Shown piece by piece: positions 25,143-37,586 of a stretch of DNA of 64,000 bases; position 1 is the stretch's first letter; each line of letters starts with the position of its first letter. The translations under genes and the position numbers were made by a program. The stretch lies in NCBI GenBank assembly GCA_030390025.1, contig CM059433.1, positions 12,588,001 to 12,652,000 of the forward strand, read 5' to 3'. The DNA comes from Squalus acanthias (lineage: Eukaryota). Below the pieces are notes generated by a model, which saw nothing but the letters and a program-made list of their open reading frames with translations, had not been told where the DNA came from and made no database searches.

Positions 25143-26530
25143 CCAAACGGAGTTTGTGGAGGGGACTGAAGACAATGGTCAGAATTTTGTTTCCCTGGGT
25201 GGGTCGGGTGTGGGCGGTCGCTGTGGCGGGTCGCGATCCCGTTGTTGATTCCATACAACTCCTGAAATCGACTTTGCGTTAATGGGGCCAATTAAGCCCG
25301 CCCTGCGCGTTACCCGGCCCTGTTAAATGGTGCGGGTCTGATGTAGTTATCGATGACGCGTTTTCAGCCGGGATATTTCAAGGAGCCATGGCCACATTGC
25401 CTTTGAAGGTTCATCTAGGAGTGTGCAGGCAGCACACTGCACCATTGGAGTGTTGCAAACATTCCCAGAGATGACTGCACAGAGACAGAGGGCTGCACCC
25501 AGGTTCACCGATGACGCCCTACATATGCTTGTGGAGGGAGTCAGAGAATGCAGGGAGACTACCCTACTTTTATATTCCATCCCCCTTGCAATAAAGGCCA
25601 ACATTCCATTTGCCTTCCTAATTACTTGCTGTACCTGCATGCAAACTTTTTGTGTTTCATGTACGAGGACGCCCAGATCCCTCTGTACCGCAGCATTCTG
25701 TAGTCTCTCTCAATTTAAATAATATTTTGCTTTTTTATTTTTCCTACCAAAGTGGATAACTTCACATTTTCCCACATTATACTCCATCTGCCAAATTTTT
25801 GCCCACTCACTTGACCTATCTATATTGCTTTGTGTCCTCCTCACAATTTGCTTTGTCACCTATCTTTGTATCGTCAGCAAATTTGGCTACAATACACTCG
25901 GTTCCTTCATCCAAGTCATGAATTGTAAATAGTTGAGGCCCCAGCACTGATCCCTGTGGCACCCCACTAGTTACAGTTTGCCAACCTGAAAATTACCCAT
26001 TTATCCCGACTCTCTGTCTTCTGTTAGTTAGCCAATCCTCTATCCATGCTGATATATTACCCCCAACATCATGAGCTCTTATCTTGTGCTTTTATGTGGC
26101 ACCTTATCGAATACCTTTTGGAAATCCAAATAAACTACATCTACTGGTTCCCCTTTATCCACCCTGCTCGTTACACCCTCAAAGAGCTCTAATAAATTTG
26201 TCAAACACGATTTCCCTTTCATAAAACCATGTTGACTCTGTTTGATTGTATTATGATTTTCTAAATGTCCTGCTATTACTTCCTTAATAATGGATTCCAG
26301 TATTTTCCCAATGACAGATGTTAGACTAACTGGCCTATGGTTTTCTGCTTTCTGTTTCCCTCCTTTCTTGAATAGGCGCATTACATTTACGGTTTTTCAA
26401 TCTGCTGGGACCTTGCCAGAATCTAGGGAATTTTGGAAGATTACAACCAATGCATCCACAATCTCTGCTGTCACTTCTTTTAAGACCCTAGGATGCAGGC
26501 CATCAGGTCCAGGGGACTTGTCAGCCTTCG

Positions 26531-29131
26531 TTAGCGATGCCGAAATTGCTATCAGGGAGGAGGAGTGTAAAATATTAGATGAAATAAGCAGAGTGAAAGA
26601 GGAATTATCATGGGGTTTAGCATCTTTGAAAGTGGATAAATCCATAGGCCCAGATGAAATGTATCCCAGACTGTTAAGAGAAATAAGAGACAAAATAGCA
26701 GAGGCTCTGACCATCATTTTCCAATCCTCTCTGGCTACAACTGTGGTGCCGGAGGACTGGAGGACTACTAATGTGGTACCGTTGTTTAAAAAGGGAGGAT
26801 GGGTTAGACCGAGTAACTACAGGCCAGTCAGCCTAACCTCGGTGGCGGGAAAATTATTGGAGAAAATTCTGAGGGACAGGATAAATCTTCATTTAGAAAG
26901 ACACGGATTAATCAGGAACAGTCAGCATGGATTTGTTAAGGGAAGGTCATGTCTGACTAACTTGATTGAATTTTTTGAGGAGGTCAGAAATGGGGATGTT
27001 CGCTGATGATTGCACAGTGTTCAGCGCCATTCACAACTCCTCAGATAATGAAGCAGCCCATGCGCGCATGCAGCAAGACCTGGACGATGTTCAGGCTTGG
27101 GCTGATAAGTGGCAGGTAACATTCGCGCCACAGAAGTGCCAGGCAATGACTATCTCCAACAAGCAAGAGTCTAACCACCTCCCCTTGGCATTCAACGGTA
27201 TTACCATCGCCAAATCCCCCACAATCAACATCCGGTGGGGGGGTCACCATTGACCAGAAACTTAACTGGACCAGCCACATAAATACTGTGGCAAAAAGAG
27301 CAGGTCAGAGGCTAGGTATTCTGCGGCAAGTGTCTCACCTCCTGACTCCCCAAAGCCTTTCCGCCATCTACAAGCCACAAGTAAGGAGTGTGATGGAATA
27401 CTCTCCACTTGCCTGGATGAGTGCAGCTCCAACAACACTCAAGAAGCTCGACTCCATTCAGGACAAAGCAGCCTGGTTGATTGGCACCCTATCCACCACC
27501 TTAAACATTCACTCCCTCCACCACCAGCGTACCGTGGCTGCAGTGTGTACCATCTACAAGATGCACTGTAGCAACTCGCCAAGGCTTCTTCGGCAGCACC
27601 TCCCAAACCCGCGACCTCTTCCACCTAGAAGGACAAGGGCAGCAGGCGCATGGGAACACCACCACCTCCAAGTTCCCCTCCAAGTCACACACCATCCTGA
27701 CTTAGAAATATATTGCCGATCCTTCATCATCGCTGGGTCAAAATCCTGGAACTCCCTCCCTAACAGCACTGTGGGAGTACCTTCACCACACGGACTGCAG
27801 CGGTTCAAGAAGGCGGCTCACCACTACCTTCTCAAGGGCAATTAGGGATGGGCAATAAATGCTGGCTTTGCCAGCGACGCCCACATCCCATATACGAATA
27901 AAAAAAAAACAAGGAGGTTCGATGAGGATAGTGTGTTTGATGTAGTCTATATGGATTTTAGCAAGGTTTTTGATAAGGTCCCACATGGCAGACAGGTCAC
28001 GAAAGTAAAAGCCCATGGGATCCTAGGCAAAGTCGCAAGTTGGATCCAAAATTGGCTCAGAGGCAGGAAACAAAGGTAATGGTCAAAGGGTGTTTTTGTG
28101 ACTGGAAGGCTGTTTCCAGTAGGGTTCTGCAGTGCTCATTACTGGGTCCTTTGCTTTTTGTTGTATATATCAATGATTTGGACTTGAATGTAGGAAGTAT
28201 GATTAAGAAGTTTGCAGATGATACAAAAACTGGCCGTGTGGTTGATAATGAAGAAGAAAGCTGTAGGCTGCAGGAAGATATCAATGGACTGGTCAGGTGG
28301 GCAGAACAGTGGCAAATGGAATTCAATCCGGAGAAGTGTGAGGTATTGCATTTGGGGAGAGCTAACAAGGCAAGGGAATACACAATAAATGGTAGGACAC
28401 TGAGTAGTGTAGAGGATCAGAGGGACCTTGGAGTGCATGTCCACAGATCACTGAAGGTAGCAGGACAGGTAGATAAGGTGGTGAAGAAGTCATACGGGAT
28501 ACTTGCCTTTATTAGCCGAGGCATAGAATACAAGAGCAGGGGGGTTATGCTTGATCTGTATGAAACACTAGTTAGGCCACAGCTAGAATACTGCGTGCAA
28601 TTCTGGTCACCACATTACAGGAAGGATGTGATTGCACTAGAGAGGGTGCAGAGGAGATTTACGAGGATTTTGCCTAGGCTGGGGAATTTTAGCTATGAGG
28701 AAAGATTGGATAGGCTGGGGTTGTTCTCTTTGGAACAGAGGAGGCTGAGGGGAGACCTAATTGAGGTGTATAAAATTATGAGGGGCCTAGATAGAGTGGA
28801 GAGGAAGGACCTAGTTCCCTTAGCAGAGGGGTCGATAACCAGGGGGCATAGATTTAAAGTAATTGGTAGGAAGTTTAGAGGGGATTTGAGGAGAAATCTT
28901 TTCACCCAGAGGGTGGTGGGGGTCTGGAACTCACTGCCTGAAAGGGTGGTAGAGGCAGAAACCCTCATCACATTTAAAAAGTGCTTGGATATGCACTTGA
29001 AGTTCCGTAACCTACAAGGATACGGACCATGTGCTGGAAAGTGGGATTAGGCTGGAATGCTCTTTGTCGGCCAGCACAGACAAGATGGGCCGAATAGCTT
29101 CCTTCTGTGCTGTAAATTTCTATGATCCTAT
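26531..29131 (+). mobile_element. CR1 LINE of a second subfamily (pieces ~26531-26985 and ~27911-29131)
   Basis: ORF 26290-27006 second half (KVDKSIGPDEMYPR...NLIEFFEEV) continues into ORF 28040-29050 (FADDTK...GKWD), followed by the tail. Confidence 0.93.
26986..27910 (+). mobile_element. 5'-truncated LINE of a third family (RT C-terminus, poly-A end)
   Basis: MFADDCTV...QAWADKWQVTFAP and IYK.QVRSVMEYSPLAW motifs, ending CGAATAAAAAAAAAA. Confidence 0.9.
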
Positions 29132-29419
29132 GATTTAGTTCCATTAGTTTGCCGAGTACTTTTTCTCTATTGATAGTGATTGTTTTAAGTTCCTCCCTCC
29201 CTTTTGCCCCTTGATTTTCCATGATTATTGGGATGCTTTTAGTGTCTTCTACCGTGAAGACAGATACAAAATATTTGTTCAAAGTCTCTGCCATTTCCTT
29301 GTTTCCCATTATTAGTTCCCCAGTCTCATCCTCTAAGGGACCAACATTTACTTTAGCTACTCTCTTCCTTTTTATATACTTGTAGAAGCTCTTACTGTCT
29401 GTTTTTATATTTCTTGCTA

Positions 29420-29784
29420 CAGGAAACTCTCTTTTAACCGGCATCCAAATAACCGGAAATCTCTCTTAACCGGCAAAATTCTTGAGTAGGTAACCGGGGT
29501 TTTCCTTCATCTCTCCTTTAAAAATAACTTTAAAAAAAACCCCCGAGGCGTTTGCCTTGTATCGGAGCGTGTAGATTGGGAGGGGAATGTGCAGCCCGGG
29601 TAGGCAGCGGACACGACAGATGGTCAGCTGGCGGTCCCCGGGGAGACGGAGCTCCGAATGCAGGCGCATGTCAGTGTGTACGGGGCTCTCGTACGTTGGG
29701 AGATATAACTCTCCATTATCCGGACTTTTTGATTAACCGGCACCATGCCGGTCCCGTCGGTGCCGGTTAATAAAGAGTTTCCTG
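29420..29784. mobile_element. Tc1/mariner-pogo (Tigger-like) MITE
   Basis: TIR CAGGAAACTCT / AGAGTTTCCTG, TA duplicated at both ends, repeated TAACCGG motifs. Inserted in CR1 at TTGCTA|GTTTACTC. Confidence 0.88.
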
Positions 29785-31254
29785 TAGTTTACTCTCATAA
29801 TCTATTCTCTCCCTCTATTATTTTTTTAGTCATCCTTTGCAAGTTTCTAAAAATTTCCCAATCTTCTGGCCCACCACTAATCTTCGCAACATTGTATGCC
29901 TTTTCTTTCAATTTGATACCCTCCTTAACTTAGCTGCCACGTCGGTAAACGCGCCCGGGGGAAAGGCACGTGGGGTCAGGATGATGGCGGGTTTCCGACC
30001 CGCTCCAAGATATTGCAAATTTCCCACCCACCCGCCTCCAATCGCACCCACACGGACCCCAGAAAATTCCGGCCAAAGGCTTCGGTCTTCCCAATGTTTA
30101 GTTGGAGGAAATTTCTGCTCATCCATTACTGGATGTTGGACAAGCAATGTGACAAATTAGAGACAGTGGAGGGGTTGAGAGAAGTGGTGGTGAGGTGGAT
30201 GTCATCAGCGTACATGTGGAACCTGATGTGTTTTCGAATGAAGTCGCTGAGGCGCACCATGTAGATGAGAAATAGGAGGGGGCCAAGGATAGGGGACACC
30301 AGAGGTAACGATGCGGGAGCGGGAAGAGAAGCCATTGCAGGTGATTCTCCGGCTACGACTGGATAGTTAAGAATGGAACCAGGCGAGTGCGGTTCCACCC
30401 AGCTGGACGACGGAGGAGAGGCATTGAAGGAGGATGGAGTGGTCTACCATGTCAAAGACTGCAGACAGGTCGAGAAGGACGAGGAGGACTAATTTACCGT
30501 GGTCACAGTCGCATAGGATGTCATTTGTGACTTTGATGAGAAGCAGAATAAGTATATGTTCTTCAGATTTGGCTCGAGGGTAACTGGGCTCTCCTTGCTT
30601 TGTGAAGGCAACAGATGGTACATTGTGAGTTAATGAAATCTCTTATCCGTTTCCACTTATCCCGCAGTTCCAATGGGGGGAGGATGGTATGCTCAAAGAG
30701 AGCGAGGGTTGAAGAATCAGCGCTACATCGTTGTCGCTCTTTCACAGATCCTCACTGCCTTCGAGCATGGCTCCCTGCTGGGAACATAGGATTGGTCAAT
30801 TTACCCTGACATGCTTTATTATACAGCAATTGTGTACAATCAATCCATTTGGAGTGTGCGGACACATTGATGTGACATGGTGTAAATTATGCAATATCTG
30901 AATAAGGAGATCCACCAACCTGCTCTAGGCTACACCTTCGGATAATCTACAAGTTTTGCATTTAAACGTATGAACAGTGGGGATTGAAACATTGATTTGG
31001 CTCAGTGAAACCCTCTCTCCCATCGCGATATATATATAATGTAGTACGCATAACCTTGCTACAGGCACTTAACATCTTAACTGCCACACACTTGCTGACA
31101 TTTCTGTGCAAGTACAGCTGTTTTAGCATTCGCCTTTTACAATTGCAACTGCTCATTGTGGTCATATATGCTCCACGCTACTACTTTATAGTAATATACA
31201 TACCTTCCCATTGCTATTCTAGTGATTATTACAGAGTTTGCCATTTTTATCATA

Positions 31255-34200
31255 TATTTCTATGACACGAAACTAGGTGGGATTGTGAGTTGTGAGGAGG
31301 ATGCAAAGAGGCTTCAAGGCGATTTAGACAAGTTGGGTGAGTGGGCAAATACATGGCAGATGCAGTATAACGTGGATAAATGTGAAGTTATCCACTTCGG
31401 TAGGAAAAACAGAAAGGCTGAGTATTATTTAAATGGTGATAGATTGGGAAATGTTGATGTACAAAGGGACCTGGGTTTCCTTGTACACCAGTCACTGAAG
31501 GCAAACATGCAGGTGCAGCAAGCAGTTAGGAAGGCAAATGGTATGTTGGCCTTCATTGCAAGAGGATTTGAGTACAGGAGCAAGGATAAGAACATAAGAA
31601 CATAAGAAATAGGAGCAGGAGTAGGCCACTCGGCCCTTCGAGCCTGCTCCGCCATTCAATGAGATCATGGCTGATCTTCTTCCTCAACTCCATTCACTGA
31701 CCCTATCGCCATATCCCTTGATGCCCTTACTAGTCAGAAATCTATCGACTTCTGTTTTGAATATACCCAATGACTGAGCCTCCACAGCCCTCTGGGGTAG
31801 AGAATTCCAAAGATTCACCACCCTCTGTGTGAAGAAATTTCTTCTCATCTCAGTCCTGAATGGCCTACCCTTTATCCTGAGGCTGTGGCCCCTGGTTTTA
31901 GACTCCCCAGCCAAGGGAAACATTCTCCCAGCATCCACCCTATCAAGCCCTGTAATAATTTTGTATGCTTCAATGAGATTCCCTCTCATTCTTCTGAACT
32001 CAAGAGAATACAGGCTTAGTTTACTCAATCTCTTCTCATACGACAGTCCCACCATCCCAGGAATCAATCTCGTGAACCTTCGTTGCACTCCCTCTATGGC
32101 AAGTATATCCTTCCTTAGGTAAGGAGACCAAAATTGTACACAGTACTCCAGGTGTGGTCTCACCAAGACCCTATATAATTGGAGTAAGACTTCTTTACTT
32201 CTGTACTCAAATTCTCTTGTAATGAAGGCCAGCATACCATTTGCCTACCTAATGGCTTACTGCACCTGCACATTCATTTTCAGTGACTCATGTACAAGGA
32301 CACCCAGGTCCCTTTGAGAATCTGCATTCCCCAATCTTTCACCATTTAGGAAATACTCTGCCTTTCTGTTTTTTTCTGCCAAAGTGGATAACTTCACATT
32401 TATCCACATTATATTCCATTTGCCATGTTCTCGCCCACTCACTGAGCCTGTCGAGATCCCCTTGAAACCTCTTCACATCCTCTTCACAACTGACACTGCC
32501 ACCTAGCTTTGTATCATCACCAAATTTGGAAATGTTACATTTAGTCCCCTCGTCCAAATCATTGATATAGATTGTGAATAGCTGGGGCCCAAGCACCGAT
32601 CATTGTGGTACCCCACTAGTCACAGCCTTCCATCCTGAAAAAGACCCGTTTATCCCTACTCTTTGTTTTCTGTCTGTTAACCAATTCTCAATCCATGCTA
32701 GTATATTACCCCCAATTCCATGTGCCCTAATTTTGTTCACCAACCTCTTGTGTGGGATCTTATCGAAGGCCTTCTGAAAATCCATATACACCACATCTAC
32801 TGGTTCCCCTTTGTCTACTCCACTAGTTACATCCTCAATGAACTCCAATAGGTTTGTCAAACAGGATTTCCCTTTCATAAATCCATGTTGACTCTACCCA
32901 ATCTTACTATTAGTTTCTAAGTGCCCAGTTATTGCATCCTTTATAATAGATTCCAGCATTTTCCCAACTACTGATGTGAGGCTAACAGGTCTGTAGTTCC
33001 CCATTTTCTCTCTCCCTCCTTTCTTAAATAGCTGGGTTACATTTGCTATCCTCCAATCTGCAGGAACCGTTCCAGAGTTCTATAGAATTTTGGAAGATGA
33101 CAACCAATGTGTCCACTATCCCAATGGCCACCTCTTTCAAAAACCTAGGATGTAGGTCATCCGGTCCTTGGGATTTATTGACTTTTAGTCCCATTAATTT
33201 TGCTAGTACTGTTTTTTTACTAATAATAATTTCTTTAAGTTCCTCATTCTCGCCACACCCTTGGTTTTCTCATATTTCTGGGAGGTTTTTTGTGTCTTCC
33301 TCTGTGAAGACAGAAACAAAGTATTTATTTAATTTGAGGAAAAACTTTTCCATCCAGAGGGTGGTTGGAATCTGGAACTCACTGCCTGCAAGGGTGGTAG
33401 AGGCAGGAACCCTCACAACATTCAAGAAGCATTTAGATGAGCACTTGAAATGGCATAGCATACAAGGCTATGGACCAAGTGCTGGAAAATGGGATTAGAA
33501 AAGATAGGGCTTGATGGCCGACGCAGACACGAAGGGCCGAAGGGCCTCTTTCTGTGTTGTATAACTCTATGACTCTATTAATTTCTCTGCCATTTCCTTA
33601 TTCCTCATTATAAATTCTCCCGTGCCTGACTGTAAAGGACCTACATTTACCTTCGCCGGTCTTTTCCTTTTCACATACCTATAGAAGCTTTTACAATCCA
33701 TTTTTATATTTTTCACTAGTTTGTGCTCATATTCCATTTTCCCCCCTTTCTTTATCAATTTCTTGGTCCCCCTTTGCTGATTTCTAAAAAGATCCCAATC
33801 CTCAGGCTGACCGCTTTTTCTGGCAACTTTATAAGCTTCCTCCTTTGACTTAATATTAGCTTTAATTTCTTTTGTTAGCCATGGTTGGATCACTTTTCCT
33901 TTTGGGTTTTTATGCCCAAGAGGAATATATATTTGTTGCAAATTATGCATTATTTCCTTGAATGTTAGCCATTGTATGTCCACCTTCATACCTTTTAGTG
34001 TAGTCTCCCAATCTACCATGTCTTACTACAGTTATACAGGGCCGTGGTGAGATCACATCTGGAGTGCTGTGTGCAGTTTTGGTCTCCTTACCTAAGAAAG
34101 GATATACTTGCCATAGAGGGAGTGCAGCGAAGGTTCACCAGACTGATTCCTGGGATGGCAGGACTGTCGTATGAGGAGAGATTGGGTCAACTAGGCCGGT

Positions 34201-34627
34201 ATTCACTAGAGTTTAGAAGAATGAGAGGGGATCTCATTGAAACGTATACAATTCTGATAGGGCTAGACAGACTGGATGCAGGGAGGATGTTTTCCCTGGC
34301 TGGGGTTCTAGAACGAGGGGTCACAGTCTCAGGATATGGGGTAGGACAGTTAGGACTGAGATGAGGAGAAATTTCTTCACTCAGAGGGTGGTGAACCTGT
34401 GGAATTCTCTACCACAGAAGGCTGTGGAGGCCAAGTCACTGAATATATTTAAAAAGGAGATAGATAGATTTCTAGACACAAAAGGCATCAGGGGATATGG
34501 GGAGAGAGCGGGAATATGGTATTGAGATAGATGATCAGCCATGATCATATTGAATGGCGGAGCAGGCTCGAAGGGCCGAATGGCCTGCTCCTGCTCCTAT
34601 TTTTCTATGTATCTATCTATGTTCTAT
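31255..34627 (+). mobile_element. CR1 3' part split by a minus-strand CR1 (pieces ~31255-31588 and ~34019-34627)
   Basis: ORF 31222-31605 ends FEYRSKD. The reading resumes near 34019 as VLLQLYRAVVRSHLE (ORF 34044-34364). Confidence 0.88.
31588..34018 (-). mobile_element. 5'-truncated CR1 LINE (~2.2 kb of ORF2), containing a plus-strand CR1 3' piece at ~33332-33577
   Basis: ORFs 31684-32235, 32339-32596, 32600-32878 and 33567-34019 are consecutive CR1 ORF2 segments, with a (GTTCTTAT)n tail at 31588. Confidence 0.93.
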
Positions 34628-35439
34628 GTTGTCTCCTCCTTTGCATATTTGAGGGCTTCATCTCTCACCCAAAATTGTGATTGGGGCCAGTTCAGCAAGT
34701 ATGTTTTTTTTCTGATACTGCAAAACCAATTTCTACTCCAATTGCATGCTCCACACAGTTGGATTTGTGAAATTTCTGACTTTTATAAAGGTGAAGTAGC
34801 TTCATAAATAAATAAATAATACTTGCATTTATATGGTGCCTTATCACGCAGAAGCATCTCACAGGCTTCGCACGATTAATTATTTTTTCCGAACTGCAGT
34901 GTGAAAGTCACTGTAAAATTGAAGTGTTACGCAGGCAAACAATAACACTGCTTGAGAAAGCGAATCGCGATTGGCTGTTGTTATTTTTTGTAACTGCTGA
35001 TGGAATTGGATTCTCAGGTCCTCACATTTTAAAAATATCTGTGGCCGCCCGCCCCCTCGAGCTTAACTCCCCTCGCCTGGCAGTTTTTTCAGGTGCTAAA
35101 TGGGTGCCTAAGACAGCAATATGGCAGGCAGGAAGCACGTGCTCATTACGAGCTGGAAGTACGCTGCCCACCATACTGGTATGGGCAAAAAAAAGGTTGC
35201 ATTTATGACCAACACCAGATTTCCGATTGGTCACCTTGGAGGACAAGACCTGATTTCTGATTGGTTCCCCTTGAAGGACAAGACACACCCAGCAGTTTCT
35301 CTGGAATGTGTAATTAGATCCTGCCTGCCTAAGTAATCAATTACTTTTCAAAGTGTAATTCGAGCCATTCTGACTGCTAGGCTCCAGACAGAACAGAGCT
35401 GACATAGAACAGACAGGGCTCACCCTCACGGGTTAAGAC

Positions 35440-36415
35440 CTTGACCCAACCCCCAAACAAGTTCCTGCCCCCCTCAACGAGTTTCTAATCTTTCTCCCAC
35501 CCCCCGAGTTACTGACCTTTTCCCTCCTCAGCAAGTTCCTGACCCTGACATTCCCTCCCCCAAGATCCTGACCTTCTCCCCTTGTCTGAGTGCCTGACCT
35601 CCCACCCTCTGAGTTCCTGACCTCCTCCTCCCTCCAATGTTTCTGATGTCCTCCCCCCGCCCAAGTTCCTGAACTTCTCCCCTCCACCCGAGTTCCTGAC
35701 CTTCTCACCCTGCCCAAGTTCCTGACCTCCTCTCCCCTCCCCTCCGATCCTCTCTCTTTCCCTCCGACCCGTTCTCTTCTCCCTCCTCCGATCTCCTCAC
35801 ATCTCCCTCCGATCTCCTCTCTCTCCCCCATCCAATCTCCTCTCTCTCTCCCCTCCAATCATCTCTCTCCCTGATCTGATTCCTTCTCTCTCTCCCCTCC
35901 GATCCCCTCTCTCCCCTCCAATTCCCTCTCTGTCTCCCCTCCAATCCCTTTCTCTCCCCTCTCTCTTAACCTCTCTCTCTCCCCTCCGATCTCTCTCTCC
36001 CCTCCGATCTCCACTCTCTCTCCCCTCCGATTCCCTCTCATTCCCCCTCCGATTCCCTCTCTCTCTTCCCTCTGATTCCTCTCTCTCCCCCTCCGATTCC
36101 CTCTCTCTCTCCCCTCCAATCTCCTCTCTCTCTCCCCTCCAATCTCCTCTCTCCCCTCCGATCTCTTCTCTCTCTCTCCCCTCTGATCTCCTCTCTCTCT
36201 CCCCTTCGATCTCCTCTCTCTCTCCCCTCCAATTCCCTCTCTCTCTCCTCTGATCTCCTCTCTCTCTCCCCTCTGATCTCCTCTCTCTTTCCCCTCCGAT
36301 TCCCTCTCTCTCTCCTCTGATCTCCTCTCTCTCTCCCCTCCGATTCCCTCTCTCTCTTCCCCCTCCGATCACCGATTCCTCTCTCTCGCCCTTTCGATCC
36401 TCTCTCTTCCCCCTC
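35440..36415. repeat. Compound pyrimidine-rich minisatellite
   Basis: ~20-22-bp GAGTTCCTGACC-containing units (35440-35730) grade into ~20-22-bp CTCCGAT(C/T)(T/C)C(CT)nCCC units (35735-36415). Confidence 0.9.
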
Positions 36416-36735
36416 CGCCACCACCCCCCCACCCCGGCCACCAACGGATCCTTACGAGCTGAGGAAAGCGTGGCCCACTGCAGGCCGCAACTGTTGGGTA
36501 CTGCGCATGCGCAGCTCTGGGATACTGTGCATGCGCAGAAGGCCGCTGAAGTGCTTGTGCAGATAATCACAGCAAAAAAAAGGCGTCCAGGGCCCACGCC
36601 TGTAACAGGCATCAGGTGGTCCGTTGCTTATGCAAATAAGGGTCTCAGCACTTGTTTGAGGCAACCTGTGCAAAATTGGGTTGCCCTTAACACTGGGGCG
36701 TCTTCATTCAGGAGCACAAGGTCTACTTGCGGCCA

Positions 36736-37342
36736 TAAAGAAGTCTTACTCCAATTATATAGGGCCTTGGTGAGACCACACCAGGAGTACTGTGTAAAAT
36801 TTTGGTCTCCTTACCTAAGGAAGGATATACTTGCCATAGAGGGAGTGCAACGAAGGTTCACGAGATTGATTCCTGGGATGGCGGGACTGCCGTATGAGAA
36901 GAGATTGAGTAAACTAGGCCTGTATTCTCTTGAATTCAGAAGAATGAGAGGGGATCTCATTGAAGCATACAAAATTCTTACGGGGCTTGACAGGGTAGAT
37001 GCTGGGAGAATGTTTCCCTTTGCTGGGGAGTCTAGAACCAGGGGCCACAGCCTCAGGATAAAGGGTCGGCCATTCAGGACTGACATGAGAAGAAACTTCT
37101 TCACACAGAGGGTGGTGAATCTTTGGAATTCTCTACCCCAGAGGGCTGTGGAGGCTCAGTCATTGGGTATATTCAAAACAGAAGTCGATAGATTTCTGAC
37201 TAGTAAAGGCATCAAGGGATATGGCGATAGGGCCGGTGAATTCAGTTGAGGCAGAAGATCAGCCATGATCTCATTGAATGGTGGAGCAGGCTCGAAGTGC
37301 CGAATGGCCGACTCCTGCTCCTATTTCTTATGTTCTTATGTT
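36736..37342 (+). mobile_element. CR1 LINE 3' fragment
   Basis: ORF 36470-37249 from KEVLLQLYRALVRP onward, then 3' UTR and tail. Confidence 0.95.
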
Positions 37343-37451
37343 AACCAGCAGTCCTTAAAGGGACCTCTGCAGGCCGCCACCAAAAAGTTACGATTAAAAA
37401 AATACTTTCCTGAACTAAAACCATGGGTTGCTGTCGTCCACCGCCTGACCC

Positions 37452-37586
37452 CAATGTTTCCTGTAATTTTGTTTGGCACTGCGCGGCCCTTTCAAAACAC
37501 CGCGCATGCACAGTTTTAGCATTGAAAAGTCGGCTGCGCGGGTTCCCCGGAGCGCTGCGCGGTCATGAAGCTTAAAGGGAACATTA
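37452..37586. mobile_element. hAT-type MITE (same family as 5196-5320 and 51034-51166)
   Basis: TIR CAATGTTTCC / AAGGGAACATTA and similar length. No clean TSD. Confidence 0.65.

Larger units (their letters stand above)
25552..29931 (-). mobile_element. CR1 ORF2 fragment (pieces ~25552-26530 and ~29132-29931)
   Basis: ORFs 26079-26381, 26397-26717 (ADKSPGPDG) and 28974-29444. The sequence rejoins as TCAGCCTT|TAGTTCCATTAG. Confidence 0.88.
25177..30073 (+). mobile_element. Harbinger-type element split by CR1s: left arm 25177-~25555 with Myb/SANT-like start, right arm ~29932-30073
   Basis: Ends are GGTCAGAATTTT / AAAATTCCGGCC. The reading MTAQRQRAAPRFTDDALHMLVEGVRECRE is a Myb/SANT-like N-terminus. 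The left arm is homologous to the reverse complement of 39560-39914. Confidence 0.7.
24262..30540 (-). mobile_element. L2 LINE (RT to 3' end) split by nested insertions; L2 sequence at ~24262-25025, ~25146-25176 and ~30074-30540
   Basis: ORF 24528-24992 (AYFHLRNIARLR, LDYSN, HWLPVEQR) and ORF 30126-30398 ([15 protein letters not shown]). L2 continuity is seen across GAAGACAAT|GGCTTCGGTC. Confidence 0.88.

Noticed and set aside
28040..29050. 336-aa ORF as a functional RT
   Set aside because: CR1 fragment with a damaged PQG motif (SRVLQCS), and its upstream part is interrupted by another LINE.
31255..34627. Twin-priming-type CR1 inversion
   Set aside because: The plus-strand pieces rejoin as one element (…SKD|VLLQ…), and the minus-strand CR1 has its own tail and overlaps the same ORF2 region, so this is nesting.
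35433..36612. Arg/Glu/Gly-rich ORFs up to 271 aa
   Set aside because: Artefacts of the stop-poor GA-rich minisatellite strand.
36470..37249. 259-aa ORF as a novel fusion protein
   Set aside because: Chance in-frame junction of GC-rich MITE sequence with a truncated CR1, with no supported start or splice context.
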